Notes under the pieces: model-generated
What the model was told of the DNA's origin: nothing
Databases searched by the model: none
What the model saw: the letters and a program-made list of their open reading frames with translations, nothing else
In this document: piece by piece, positions 1 through 12,586 of the stretch
How positions within the stretch are numbered: the first letter of the stretch is position 1
How the letters are laid out: every line of letters begins with the position of its first letter
Assembly: GCA_025201805.1 (NCBI GenBank)
Contig: MU619377.1
Coordinates: forward strand, 1 to 64,000
Source of the DNA: Parasitella parasitica NRRL 2501
Taxonomy: Eukaryota > Fungi > Mucoromycota
Direction: 5' to 3'
DNA: 64,000 nucleotides
Translations under genes and position numbers: made by a program

Positions 1-765
1 ATTGGTAATTCTTTGTATACAATGACAAGGAATAAGCTATTAATGTACAGTAGAACATGTAATAAACTTGGTATTACATACCAAGTTCAATGTTTAACCA
101 TGATGACAAATAGTGTTACAATAGATATAATCTAGTATAAAAAGATGGCATTTTCTTATCAATAAAGTCATTAGTTTTTGTGTCTGATTTTATTTCTATA
201 AAGGTATACATTTTTTTGAGCAGATCATATTTATATATCCTCTGCGCATAACATAAGATATAAGCTAGAGACGGCACCATTAGGATGGATGATGCTATAG
301 ACTGTTACTTATATCTCGACACGAGCCTTAGACATTTACTAGATTTAGTATATGCTACGAGCTGATGCTATATAAGATCTATGCTTCAGATGCGTATTCC
401 CAGTGTAGATACGCACTACAAGACATATACTTATATCCATGATACTAGCTACAGATACATCACGTACTACAGACTTGTACAATATGTACAATAATGCTAA
501 TAGATATGCTTATGACATGCTATAGACATGCTACATATGCCGATATATGCTAATAAGATGAATACCAAGTGATATACACTCATATATGTACTATTAATAT
601 AAACTGGATTTGACTATACAAGAAATGATATACGCTTATGGATCGATATTAATAATCTTCGCATAGAAGATTGATCAGGGTACCTCGGGTAAAGTCTATC
701 TCCTCACTCAAATAGATTTAAGTTATTTTGAGTTTGCTGATATGTTGGTTAGCACAAAGTTAAGA

Positions 766-999
766 TGTTAGTTACGCAGTATTGTTGTAAATGTTAAATT
801 GCGAGAGTAGAACATTTATCCACAGTTTAAGTATATAAAGGCTCATCTACCTGGCCAGTAGATGAACTACAGCTTTATACACCTTGTTGTGTGCAAGTGT
901 CAAAGGGCGCAGCGTAATGTTATGTAAAATATGATTTGTATAAAGTAATAAGACTTTTCTGAATAAAACCAGATACAAAACTGAAGACTTTTATTGACA
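766..999 (+). mobile_element. Solo LTR (234 bp) of an LTR retrotransposon
   Basis: Starts TGTTAGT and ends ATTGACA (TG...CA, imperfect terminal inverted repeat). Identical 5-bp TAAGA flanks both sides (761-765 and 1000-1004). Internal TATATAAAG (~830) and AATAAA (962-967). Confidence 0.75.
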
Positions 1000-2708
1000 T
1001 AAGATATGATCTCTAGTTATACTAAAATATATCCCAATCAATGTTTATCTACATTGTTATGTCAAAAGTCTGATAAAATAAATCTGCCAAAGAATTAAAC
1101 TTTTATTCATAATACATCTCTCGATGTATTATATACACATTCATTACACTAGGGTTCTACTGTCTAGCTGCATAATGTAAATCATGGCTACCCATGATCT
1201 ACTGTAAGACCCTGGGATTGATCTGAGATCCTGATGTGTAGAGATCTTGCCATGTTATTGATATAACAATCCCTTCAAATGATACAAATGCGGACGCTCA
1301 ATCTGTTAGACAAAGCGACAAACCCCCCACACCTTAAGTCAGTGTTATGTGCCTCATTTCAGCAATTAGGGCATCCAGGAAGTACGCACAGTTCTTCCCT
1401 TAATAACAAGAAATAACCCAACAGGTCATCCAAGAGCAGCAAATGATTTTGCCACGCGAAATATTGCAAAAGATCCCGCAAGATTTCACACTGGAAGAGA
1501 TGACTGTGGCTGTATGAGTGTGGAACCCTAATGTGGATGGTTGAGGGAGTCGAAAGATCATCTAATACTAACCTTGGATTTTAACTATGCTGTGCAAACA
1601 GCTCTTTCAAGCTTAAAACTCTTAAACCAACATCACCTTTAGTTGCTGATTTGCTAACAGGATCAACAAGCGAATGTAGGGAGTTCAGGAAAAATATAAG
1701 GTCATATATAACAGTGCATTGACTTTTGTTTCAATGGGAGCTGAGAAAAAAAACTAATCAGACTGCAAGAGAGTGATTTATCAGAAAAGTTCAAATAGAA
1801 ATTAATCAGGTAAAGATCCGTCTATTACATTCAAAAATAGAGGGTTTATATACTTTCTATGAACTGAGGTGTTGGGTTAAAAAGATAATAAAAACCAAAT
1901 GCTAACGAGATACGAAAACTTAAAGATACTTTATTTAAGATCGAAATTGCATCTGCTATTTATACTTTTTACAACTATATAAATTTATGGTGACTTATTT
2001 AGATTACTAATTGACAAGACTAATTCACAGTGACAATCTACTTGACAGGGTACGATATGAGGTTATACAGCAAGGGCTACATGTCTTTGATCTGACAGAG
2101 CCTTAACCTTTATCCTGGTGCTCAGATCTGTGTTACTTACAGGAATAACCTTCTTGATTTGAAACAGAGACTTTATTCTCCAATTTACACAAGCGTATCA
2201 CATCACTTCATTGGACAATCTTCAATCTTCAATTGAAGTACATTGCCATGATCTCCTGTTTATAATTATGGCAGATCATGAGGAAAGCGATGCGAAGATA
2301 AATGTTTTAGTAATGAGATCCGGGAGATAGGGTAGATTGTATCTATCCCAAATGTCATGTCATATTATTTTATGATCTTATGTTTTACTCTTCAGTATGA
2401 GTTTATATTATATTGACATCCGGTTTTAGAATTGATACATCAGAGAGCAAGAGATATTGAGAGAACAAGAAATTCGAGGTGGAGGTATATATACCTTTAA
2501 ATTGCACGTAAGTGCTTATCACTTAATGGGTAGCGGCCTACCTGCATCTGAAAAACGCCCAACATTCTCTTAGATTTAAATTCATGATGCCGATAATGAG
2601 TTGGACAATCGTCATACTCACGCGAGCCTTATTTCAAAAAAATAAATAAAATAAAATACATTGGAATTGATGCATGAGATAGATCCATTTGCAGAGCATT
2701 AAAAGTAC

Positions 2709-3092
2709 ATGTTCTTAATTGCTGATGAGATAGCAGACGAGCAGCAGATCAATAATGTGGAAATTCAGAGACTTCGCAACCTTAGGCTAATCTTCCGTGT
2801 GGATGGTACTCCCGATAGAAGGATGTATAACAGGCCAATGAGTACAGATGAGCTTGCTAATCAACTGCAAACTTTTACCAATTATCGTTTGCGTGTTGGT
2901 AATGATGAAGTTCCAGGATTCAGGTTTAACGGCAATGATTTTGCTCCTGCTGCTGACACCGATTATATTCCCATGTCACTGGATATGGTGATTCCTGGTA
3001 TCAACCTGTATTCTCTTATCGATAGCACACTCCCACTTTTGGGTAAAATGGGTGCTGATATTGTCGGTTTTCGCCTATTAATTGAAGGTTGA
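2709..3092 (+). pseudogene. Chimeric Helitron Rep/helicase ORF remnant (127 aa)
   Basis: The N-half matches the Helitron Rep DxRxYNxP motif. The C-half (FTNYRLRVGND...DYIPMSLDMVIPGINLYSLID) matches the PIF1 segment that follows the LxxNMR motif. Confidence 0.7.
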
Positions 3093-3981
3093 ATCTCATC
3101 TCAATTCCAATATTGACACTGACATTCAAATGGAATTGTATAAAGACTTTTAGAAACCAGGACCAGAGCAATCCTGGCTTCCTTTTCAATCTTTAATAAA
3201 GACCCTACGTTCTCCGTGATATAATCGCTTGTAGTCTCTTTGTTTAATTGTCTTTGGAAATAATCGTTATTCATATAACTCTCAGATATGACATCCCGTC
3301 TCTGGGTAGACATGCTCACCTAACTCAGTTGTTACGACACCAATGAATGCCGATGTCCAGATTTTAAATGATATCATGGTTGCTCAAATTCCTGACCAAG
3401 AGATCATATATCGTAATACTGATAAATGTTCCCCCTGAGGTAACTCAATTACAATATCACCTAGAAATGATAAACAACATCGTCGTTGATGGTCTTCCTC
3501 CTCAGCTGCTGAAACTTAAACAGGATTGTGCTATCATCCTAATGAGAAACATTAGCCTATCTGCCGGTCTTTGTAATGGTTTATATTGATTATCAAGGCC
3601 CTTCTCCAAAATGTCCTTTCTGCAAGGATCATCTTAGGTTCCAAAATTGGTGATGTGGTCCTTATTCCGAAAACCTCTTTAAACTCACCTGATGAGTCCC
3701 CTATCAAACTTCCAAAGACATCAATTTTCCATTAGGCTTGCCTTTGCAATGTCTGTAAACAGGGCTCAAGGAGAAACTTTGCAAAAGGTGGATTTACACC
3801 TTCCAAAGCCTGTATTTTCTCATCTCTATAAAAGTTCTCATAGAGCAATCTGAAGATGAGAAGCAAAAACAGATTCCATCCAACTACACGAGAAATGTCG
3901 TCTTTACTGAAGCATTTCTTTAAGGTATTTCATTCACAATTAAATGCTATCGAAGACTGGCAGCCTCACAGAGCGAGATGG

Positions 3982-4048
3982 ACCCCGCGTATACGAAGGT
4001 CGGTTTTTACCGCGAAAACCACCAGAGTGGGCGGGGTGACCCAGCTCG
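3982..4048 (+). other. Helitron 3'-terminal hairpin and terminus
   Basis: ACCCCGC (3982-3988) pairs with GCGGGGT (4031-4037) around an inner GGT.GGTTTT/AAAACC.ACC stem. CTCG follows 8 nt later, then a T tract. Confidence 0.65.
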
Positions 4049-4254
4049 TTTTTTAATAAAAAAAGAAATGCTGTAGATGTTGCTACTATTAACGAAAATT
4101 TATGCACCACAAATCAATAATTCAGCATTATACGCCGATATACTTTTTGTGCAGTTTATAAGCATGTGGAAAAATTTGTTTTATTGTGTCATATTATTGG
4201 GAAAAAAAAAAATCAAGTCCGTAGAAAGGGGGTATTCGCATAAAATACAAGTAA

Positions 4255-5440
4255 TTAGACAGTAGGAAAGTTTCTTCTATTCAATAATACTGCCTTGAAG
4301 CTACGGATGTCACTTTTTAATCCTGATACAGCAGGAGAATCAGTTGACGCGGTGCGCATATAATGACTAGGAGAGTAAGCTGAATAGGTGCTATCTGATG
4401 AAGGTGAAGTGACAACATTTCTAAAGCTGGTCAGTTCAGAGCGGAAATCACTATAAGTGTTGTTCTTCAGTACTGTTGAAATACGCTCACGAGAAATACC
4501 GATCAGTTTCTCAATCTTGTTAGACATGTCCGACTGATGCTTTACTAACGCATCCGCGACAGTTTTTTCGTCTCCCTGATCTATCAATGCATCCAAGTCA
4601 TCGTTTTCTGTATTGTAACTTTTGATGGATTTGAGTAGCCTCTCCGCAATATGTTTTCTCTGGTTGTATCGTGTGCGTTGGTATTCGGCGATACGATTGA
4701 AAATTGGTGCAATAAAGCGCTAGCCGAGTATTGCGATTAGAAGTATAGTTCTCCTTGTCTGTTCAGTCACTTACTCTTAAAATGCCAATAACACCGGCTG
4801 TTAGCCCAACAGCACCCATCCCTAAAACCACTGCCATTGCAAAGACCTTTTCAGCTGGAACAGGAAGATTAGCTGGCTGTGGGTAATATACCACTTGTGG
4901 TGCAGAATAAGTTGCATTTCTTGACGGTAAAACAGGTGCTAGATTTTGCTGTGCTAGTGCTGGAGGAGTCGTAGGGATCTTTATTAAAAAAAAAAAAAAA
5001 AAAAAAAAAATCAGATCAAAAAGGTATAACCCGGGCAGAAGACTTACATTGTTAGTTGCCGATGCTACAGCATTTGCTGCTACTGTCGTATTCTCGTCTT
5101 CTACACCGGCTCTTTTGAATGCTTCAGCGATTTCAGCTTGAGTGAGTCCCTTTTTTTGCAAGAATGCAACCTTTTTCGCTCTATCTGCTGAGCGTACGTT
5201 GGGTGAGGAAAGAAAGGACACTGCTGGTTTGATCATATCTTCGCGAATAGGAGCTGCGACATCTGCAGTAGCTGTTTCTGCGATAGCTGGTGAAGTTGTA
5301 GGGGGGACAGGCGCTGCAGTGGCCTGGGTATTGGGAGGAGCTACTGGTGTCGATTGGTCTAGCAAATTACTGAGACCATGAGATGCAGTTGTTGATGTGG
5401 AGGAAGATGACGATGACGATGACGATGACGAATCTGACAT
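4255..5440 (-). CDS. PEX14: Peroxisomal membrane docking protein Pex14 (multi-exon)
   Basis: Pex14_N domain IREDMIKPAVSFLSSPNVRSADRAKKVAFLQKKGLTQAEIAEAF, a hydrophobic segment, and the C-terminal IRSFKAVLLNRRNFP motif. Confidence 0.92.
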
Positions 5441-5957
5441 GATCTAATACTTTGCACCGAATTTATAAAACGAATTGACAAAAAACGAATTGACAAAAAA
5501 CGAAAGAGTGTGTGTAAAAATAGAAAGAAAAAAAAATATAGATGTTGATTGTTTTTCAGTTTTCACATGCTGACTAAGTTTCAATGGTCAACATTCACCG
5601 CACGAATAATACGGCAAATGCACACAGGCAGGCATGTTGCTTTTTAAAAATAGCAGATTTGCTAATTGATGTCTTTTTCTTCCACTCAACCTGGTCTATG
5701 ACGAGTAGTTTGACATCGTTTCTCTTGCTTTTGAAACCGTAAAGACGAATATTTTGTTTTTGTTGCACTGGAATCGGATGATCAGGGGTACGAGCAGATT
5801 GAGATGATCCTGGATTTAGTCAAGGAGAATGCACAGTGATGTACTTGATGTCTAGTAATTCGATTTGAATTGCAGTGAATTACGATATTAATATTTATTA
5901 AAAAGTGTATAAGATTACAAAGTTAGTTTGTAGATAATTTAGAAGAAGAAGAAGAAG

Positions 5958-5997
<40 letters not shown>

Positions 5998-6082
5998 TAT
6001 AGAATACGTTGGTAAAATAAAGTATATATGGCACATAAAAATTACAATCAAAGAGGCTAATAGTAGCAGCGTGTCTCTCTGT

Positions 6083-6940
6083 TTAGCAACAGAAGCCCCT
6101 CTTTACAGGTCTTGTGTCACTTGTCAACGTAAATGAATGGTTTTCATTCATATCCAATTCCATTTGAGGCACTTTTACCATTTTAGCTATTTGAGCGAAA
6201 GCCTTCTCTACATGATCTCCATTTTTCGCACTTGTTTCAAAACATGGAATATGCATCCTTTCACTGGAGTGAACTTCGGCCCAGGCTCGGGCTTGTCTTC
6301 TCGAAACCACTCGATCGTCAATGTCTATTTTGTTTCCAATCATGATAATGGGAAAATTCTTTGCTTCTTCTGCTGGTAATGACGACTGCTTCAAGAAATC
6401 TTCTCTCCATCGTTCTATAGTGGACATTGTTAATGACACAACGTTATTTTGATCCATCGTCATCGTAATCGTCATCGACTAACCTAGGTGCTGGAAAGAT
6501 AGAAAATTGTTGACATCGTACACTAGCACACAGGCATCTGCTCCTCGATAATATGCTACGCCCAAAGACTGGAATCTTTCTTGTCCTGCTGTGTCCCAGA
6601 TTTGAATGGTAGCTTTTTTACCGTCGTCTGTTTCGACTTCCTTGGTAATGAAATCGGCACCTAGTACATGTTGTTGTTGGTGTCTGACGCTGAGCACAAT
6701 GATTGGCTTGGCTTACCTATAGTCGCCTTGTATGCATTTGTAAATCGTTTGTGGATATACTATGTATGCAATGATTAATATTTTTTTTTCTCAGTGTGAT
6801 TTGCGTACAGCATTACTTGGTTACGGAGACTCGTCTAAAAATGTTAATTCAGGTGTAGCAAACATGACACAGAATGCAAATAATACCTTTCCTACACCAC
6901 CATCTCCAATCAATACAACTTTGAGTATATCTTTATGCAT
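6083..6940 (-). CDS. YPT7: Rab7/Ypt7-like small GTPase (multi-exon)
   Basis: [55 protein letters not shown] and a C-terminal CC prenylation motif. Confidence 0.85.
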
Positions 6941-7162
6941 GTATTTTATTTATTTTATTTATTTTGAATTTTTTTTACAAGACAAGAAAGAAGGAAGAAA
7001 AGAGAGAAAATTAGAAGCGAGACGGGGAAATAAAACTAGAAAATAACCGAAAAATACAGGTATACAAAGAGATCATGCCATAATATAGCAGGTGATCTTT
7101 TCGCTATGGGTTTATTATGCAAGCGTATTTCTGATAGGAAATAACGATTGCTACTATCATTA

Positions 7163-9058
7163 TTAATATTGTGGTTTATATACTTTATCGGGGGAGGTTA
7201 CGGTTGCCAAGGTGAAAGCAGATTCAGGTCCAAAAATAACGATGGTATCTGAATCTGTCATGATATGATCGTCTGCCACTGCATTCTTTTGTTGCTGGAT
7301 TAATTTTCGAGTGTCGCCAATAAAAAAGTAGGCAAATGGTATGAAGCAAAAGAAGAAAGCGCTGAGGATGACACAGAGCCAGAAAAATCCAATGCTGCTA
7401 TAGAGATAGCCTGCCAAGAGAGGCCCAACACACATCCCTACACCATAGGCTGCGTTGAATAGTGAATAGCTTCGAGCTATCCCGTCCGACGATTTGGAGT
7501 CACCATTCTCCTTGTCCACAACCTTTGCGATCTCTGGAAATATCGGTGCTTGACAACCGGCAATCGTAACACCGCCGAGGATGAGAAATGGTACAAGCAG
7601 CCAGAATGAACCTCGTTCTTGACTGGGAAAGCCGATCAATAGACAGGAAGGTGTTGCCAGCAACAATGAGACAAGCGCGACTATTTTAGTACCGTAGCGA
7701 TCGCAAAGTCGACCGCAAACAACGCTAGCAATGATGGACGGAACCATGTAGGCCAGAACAATTAGACTGCAGCCTGCTGCATCGAATTTCCATTCTTCGG
7801 CCAAACGCATCGATAAGGTTGGCTATACGACAGACATAAATAACAATACAATAATTTCATTCAATATTAAAATGTTACCTCAAATGCGCTCATGACAGTG
7901 GCTACAACCACAGTTAATGCAAGAGACACAATTAGTCTTGGTTGTTTTAGCAGCTGCGTCCATGTTACACGATTAGAGTTTGAGGTTGTTGCAAGATCAT
8001 CGTCATCCGCTTCGATGCATGGTTCTATTTCTGCGTCCTGGAACCATTCTTTGGGCGAGCTGGAGCGTTCAATGACAACTACTCGCATGAGAAGATCAAT
8101 GCCGCTGAGTATCATTGACGCTATAAACGGTGCTTGGTGGCCTAAATTACTAAATAACACTGATAACCAATAATATTAGTTTGATGCTGTGTAAAGTTTC
8201 TACTCAAAATGTATATATTTACATCCTATCAATAATAAAAATAGCGTTAATTTATCAGCATGCTGTGGTAACGTGTGCAGTAAGAATATACGTACCTCCA
8301 GCTGGCAAGCCAATCATCATTCCCAAAGGGTAGAATCCTACGAGTTTGCCCATCTGTCCACCTAGCTGGTCTTTAGGCCAATTGTCTACTATCAGACAGA
8401 GACACATAGTCCAGACGCAAGCATTAGATACGCCTTGGAAAAACCGGGCGGCCAGCAACATGGAAAAAGTAGTAGATAGCATGAACAGTAGATTGGCTGC
8501 AATGGACGAAACGGTACCCAGTAACATGGGAAGTCTTCTTTGCTTGATTTTATCTCCTAGCCATCCAAATATCGGTGATCCAGCTATATAAATGAATTCT
8601 GTAAGTAACTTTGAGCATGTATATAATGCATGTTCATAAATGACGCACCCAATAAACCTGCAGCATACAAAGCAACTAGGATGCCAGTATCTCTGGATGT
8701 TGCTTTGATGTTATCTGTGATTGCACTTGACTTGGAATAGTCTGTCCAGTCCGTATCAATGTTTCTGATACGGGCTACAATAAAAGGGGATAATGGGAAT
8801 AGGATAGAATGCACGAATGTCTATTTTTCAGCATGTCAAGTTAGTAGCTAGTATAGGAAGAGTGAATGACTTGGAACGTACGCTAGTAAAAAGGCCAATT
8901 GCAGCTGTCCAAAATAAAAAGAGCTTGCTTGATCTATATTTGAACAAGAATGGTCGTCTTTCTCTCTGTGTGGTTTCCAGCAGTGAAGGCACAACAGATG
9001 TGGTTGTGTCTGTTCTGATCGATAATGATACATGCGACTTGAGTGTTGTCATGTTCAA
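7163..9058 (-). CDS. MFS transporter, vesicular amine transporter (SLC18)-like (multi-exon)
   Basis: Multiple TM helices. MFS motif A in both halves (GWLGDKIKQRR, GRLCDRYGTK), ARFFQGVS, and SYSLFNAAYGVGMCVGPLLAG. Confidence 0.85.
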
Positions 9059-10711
9059 GAGAGATAAAGAAGAACGTTTTGTAAACAGCTCTAGGAAACC
9101 AAATGTAGCTTATATTTATAGGTGTGCTGCTGTTGCAAATTACAGGTATCTTGACAAAGGCAGGGAGGGGGGTGGTTAGCAAATGATGGCAGTATGGCAT
9201 GTTTTCTCAATGCAGGGGCGAGTCTTAAATGCTGTAATATAGTGGTATAGCTAACCTAAGCGAGCGAGAAAGGAAATAAATACGGACTCGATGAGCGCTT
9301 CTTGCGGGGGGTATTGGGCCATGGATGAAAGGATGATCAAAAGTGATTAGTATTTTGTCATGAGACGTAAACTTCTTTTAAACTGGTTATTTTGTCGTTT
9401 CCGCAGTAAAACCATGCCACGATTTTGAACAAGTTGATACATTCTACATACGATGCATGTTTGCAATGAACGATGTTGTGAATGGATTATTACTGCCCGA
9501 AACAGACCTGCGCATGACAAAGCGACCAGAGACTACAACACTGTATTAAAATGCTGGGTGGCGTTCAATTAATGAACTGGATTCCATATATACAAGTATC
9601 CAAGGGGCCATTTTACTTCCAAATGGAACCATTGTTTGCTAGAGCCGATCTCTATTACAGCTGATAGTGTCTCCTTTTCTTAGCATATGGCTGTTTGAGT
9701 TCTTTTTCATATGGCAAAAAAGAGTCGATTGGCTTTTTCTGCAATCCAATATATGCGGCGTCCTATAATTATCCAAACTGGTATCTCTACCCACGAGCTT
9801 TTTATATACAATTTTATATCTATACATATTCTACAAGCTGTTGGAGTGATTGATATGTCTCTTGGTTTAACCTTGAACACTTGTGATTATGATAAATGCT
9901 TGTGGTGTGATCTCAAGTATCTACTTTTGAGTATCTCAACAAAACGTCAGTCTCTATTGTTTTGTGCCGTACATCCTAATGTCAGGAAGTGTTTGTGCCA
10001 GAAAATCGGATACTGTAATTTGGCAATTTAGCATTTTCTTCTTTTAAGTAACGTTTATCTTGATCAGTATAGCAATTGTATTACAAGATGCACTGTTGTT
10101 ATTACAGGATATCTTAATTTACGTACAGCCGTGATACTTTTATAGTACAATCAAACGAGTGAATCAAGAAAACAAGGGGTTGGTGGATCGAAAAAAAAAA
10201 AAAAGAAAAGGTCCATTATGCTGTTATTCTGTAACTCGAGGTGCTATAGAATATAGTAGATGCTTTTTTTTTTTCAATAGAGTTCGCCCAAGTTGCTGTA
10301 AATTTCGATTGTTCTTTATTGTAAAACATCTTCTGCGTTCAATATTTATACACAAAGCCTTTCAAGTTGGCAATGTTTATATGTACATGGCAGCTGTTTG
10401 AGTAATACTGTTACGCAAAAAGGGCGTATGAAATTTTAGCTTGACTACACAAAATTATCTTGTTTCTGTTTGCTTCCCGAGTATATGCTGCTTATTATGA
10501 ATAGGGTCGACAAAAATGTGTTATGATCAACATTCCTCATTGAGCAGCCATGTTGAGTGTATATCTTGTAAACATCAACCACCGTCCATCATTATTTTTG
10601 ATGTCAGAAATTGAATACAAATTTTGAAATGGTTTTTGATGAATAAACTTATTAGTGTAATATCAATATAATCATATAAGATTTGAAGTAAACAAAGTTG
10701 AGCAAAAAAGT

Positions 10712-11776
10712 TTAAAATTTATTTTTGGTATTACCACCATTAGTCTCAATAACAGCCTTGCATCGAGAGCTCATACTTCCGACTAAACTCTCTAAAAATG
10801 AATGAGGTGTTGCATACCATTCGTTGCGAATACAAGTCTCCAACTGATCTACATTCTTCAATTGGTATCTACGACTCTTTTACCCGCTTTTCAAAATAAG
10901 CCCAGGCATGTTCAATGGGGTCAAGATCTGGACTCTGAGGTGGCCAGAAGTTGAACCCTTGAAGTTGATGTCTCTGCTTATACCAGGTTGCATGCTTCCC
11001 AGTATGGCAAGAGGCACCGTCTCCTTGGAATATAAATTCCTTGGAATGTTCAACACTCAAGCCCTGCAACCATGGAAGGAAGTAGTTGGACAAACAGTTG
11101 ACATAAGCGTCTTGATTGATACTCCCTTTCATGGTTACAATAGGACCCAAACCCCCAGCCAAAAAAACAACCCCAAAACATTACTGAGTCGTTCCCAAAC
11201 TTTACAGTCTTTCGAACATGGTTTGGAGAGAACCTTTCGCCTTCTTTTTGAATCACTCAGACCTTCCATCGCTGCCACTAACAATTTAGATTCATCGGAC
11301 CAAATGACATTCTGCCATTGTTCAGCTGTCCAATTAACCCTTTCTTTAGCCCAAGCAAGTCTTTTTTTTCCATTTGCTTGGGTTTCAACATTGGTACAGA
11401 TGCTGGAGAATATGATCCAGAGCTGTGTCTGTCAGCATAAATTGATAGTATCTGCGGGTGCCTTCAATCTTGCATTATGACTAACAAAAGAATCAAAAGG
11501 CCTCTCTCTCTCTCTTTTTTGCTGCGCACAACAGTACGCTGGCCTCTTTCAGACAACTTAAGAGGCCTTCCACTACGTTTTTGAATCACCCCCACTTTCT
11601 GTTTTATTGTGGCGATTGACACAATCAGTAACTGTAGACTTTGGCAAGCACATTTCACGTGAAATTTGAGTGATCTTTTGTTTGGCTTGATGTCTGCCGA
11701 TAATGAACCCACAGGTATAAGCACCAAGTTGTTTACGGACTGTACGATGGTTGTTGGTAATATCTGTTAAAGTCAT
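10712..11776 (-). pseudogene. Decayed Tc1-like transposase (DD35E spacing)
   Basis: HTH-like N-terminus, SGRPLKLSERGQR, VIWSDESK, KTVKFGNDSVMFWGCF, FQGDGASCH, WPPQSPDLDPIEHAW and LVGSMSSRCKAVIETNGGNTK, broken by several frameshifts and stops. Candidate single TIR at ~10503 (AGGGTCGACAAAAATGTG); no partner seen. Confidence 0.9.
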
Positions 11777-12586
11777 GATCAGTTGTGTTTATGAAGTAGT
11801 GCGTGATAAATGAGTGTTTGATTGAAGATTATTTTATTTGTTTATTTTAAAATTTATCTTCTCCCAATTGAGCAATCCTGGTCAGGCGTCCATAGTAAAG
11901 TTGAACGAAATGAATTTTTGGAAAAAGAATCGCTGATAGCGAGAATTGGTATTATTTGAACAGCTTTTTCGGGACGATGCTGGGACGATGGGGAGAGCAG
12001 TAAATGTAGTATAGATATACATATGGAGGAAATGTTCAAGCTTCTTTGTCATAGTAAATCTCATAGTTGGAGGCGTACTTTCAAAGACTCCAGCATGACG
12101 ACTTGGGCCATTCCTATGCAATATGCCCATGTCAAAAAGGTTCATTTTATAGAGGTTCCCATTCCTTTGATGTTGACATAACTCGCTCTTTCAAATGAAG
12201 CGGAAGAGCCCACAAATCAAGTATTCAAGAAAAAAAAAAGTTGAAAGAAAAGCTTTTAATATAAAAAAAAATATCAAGACCAACGTTGTAGTTAGAGGGC
12301 TTGAGCATACCATCGGGTTGACCAGCTCTGTACACAGCCTTCCACCTAAAAAACAACAAAACGAGCAATAGCAAGGGGCGAGCACCACAGTCTAACAAAA
12401 AGAAAAAAAAAAAAGGCCTGTCAGCGAGTTGTAGTGCTTGTTCTGATTTGTGTATCTTTTCTGTTAAACTCGGTGTTTGTCGTGTCATCTTATATGCAGA
12501 TAAATGAGATGGATCATTTTTATTAAGGCTTTGTGTTTTATTCTATCAAATCTAGGCTACTATTATACATATCTATTATATTCAAT

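Larger units (their letters stand above)
1300..4048 (+). mobile_element. Degenerate, internally deleted Helitron (Rep/PIF1 helicase remnants plus 3' hairpin)
   Basis: Rep N-terminal motifs ECGTLMW..E / LCCAN / EFRKNIRSY-NSALTFVSMGA (1517-1745), GGIYTFKLH..YHLMGSGLP...PTF..I.IHDADNE (~2480-2600) and DRRMYNRP..DELA (~2815-2860). PIF1 motifs TPMNADVQILN, GLPPQLLKLK..IILMRN...GLCNG and QFSIRLAFAMSVNRAQGETLQKV.LHLPKPVFSH (3330-3825). Stops and frameshifts throughout. GC-rich hairpin followed by CTCG|T at 4045-4049. The 5' boundary is uncertain. Confidence 0.85.

Noticed and set aside
5467-5505. Short 15-bp tandem duplication upstream of PEX14
   Set aside because: Simple slippage duplication with no further structure.
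10908-11480. 190-aa plus-strand ORF
   Set aside because: Antisense to the decayed Tc1 transposase, with no motifs.
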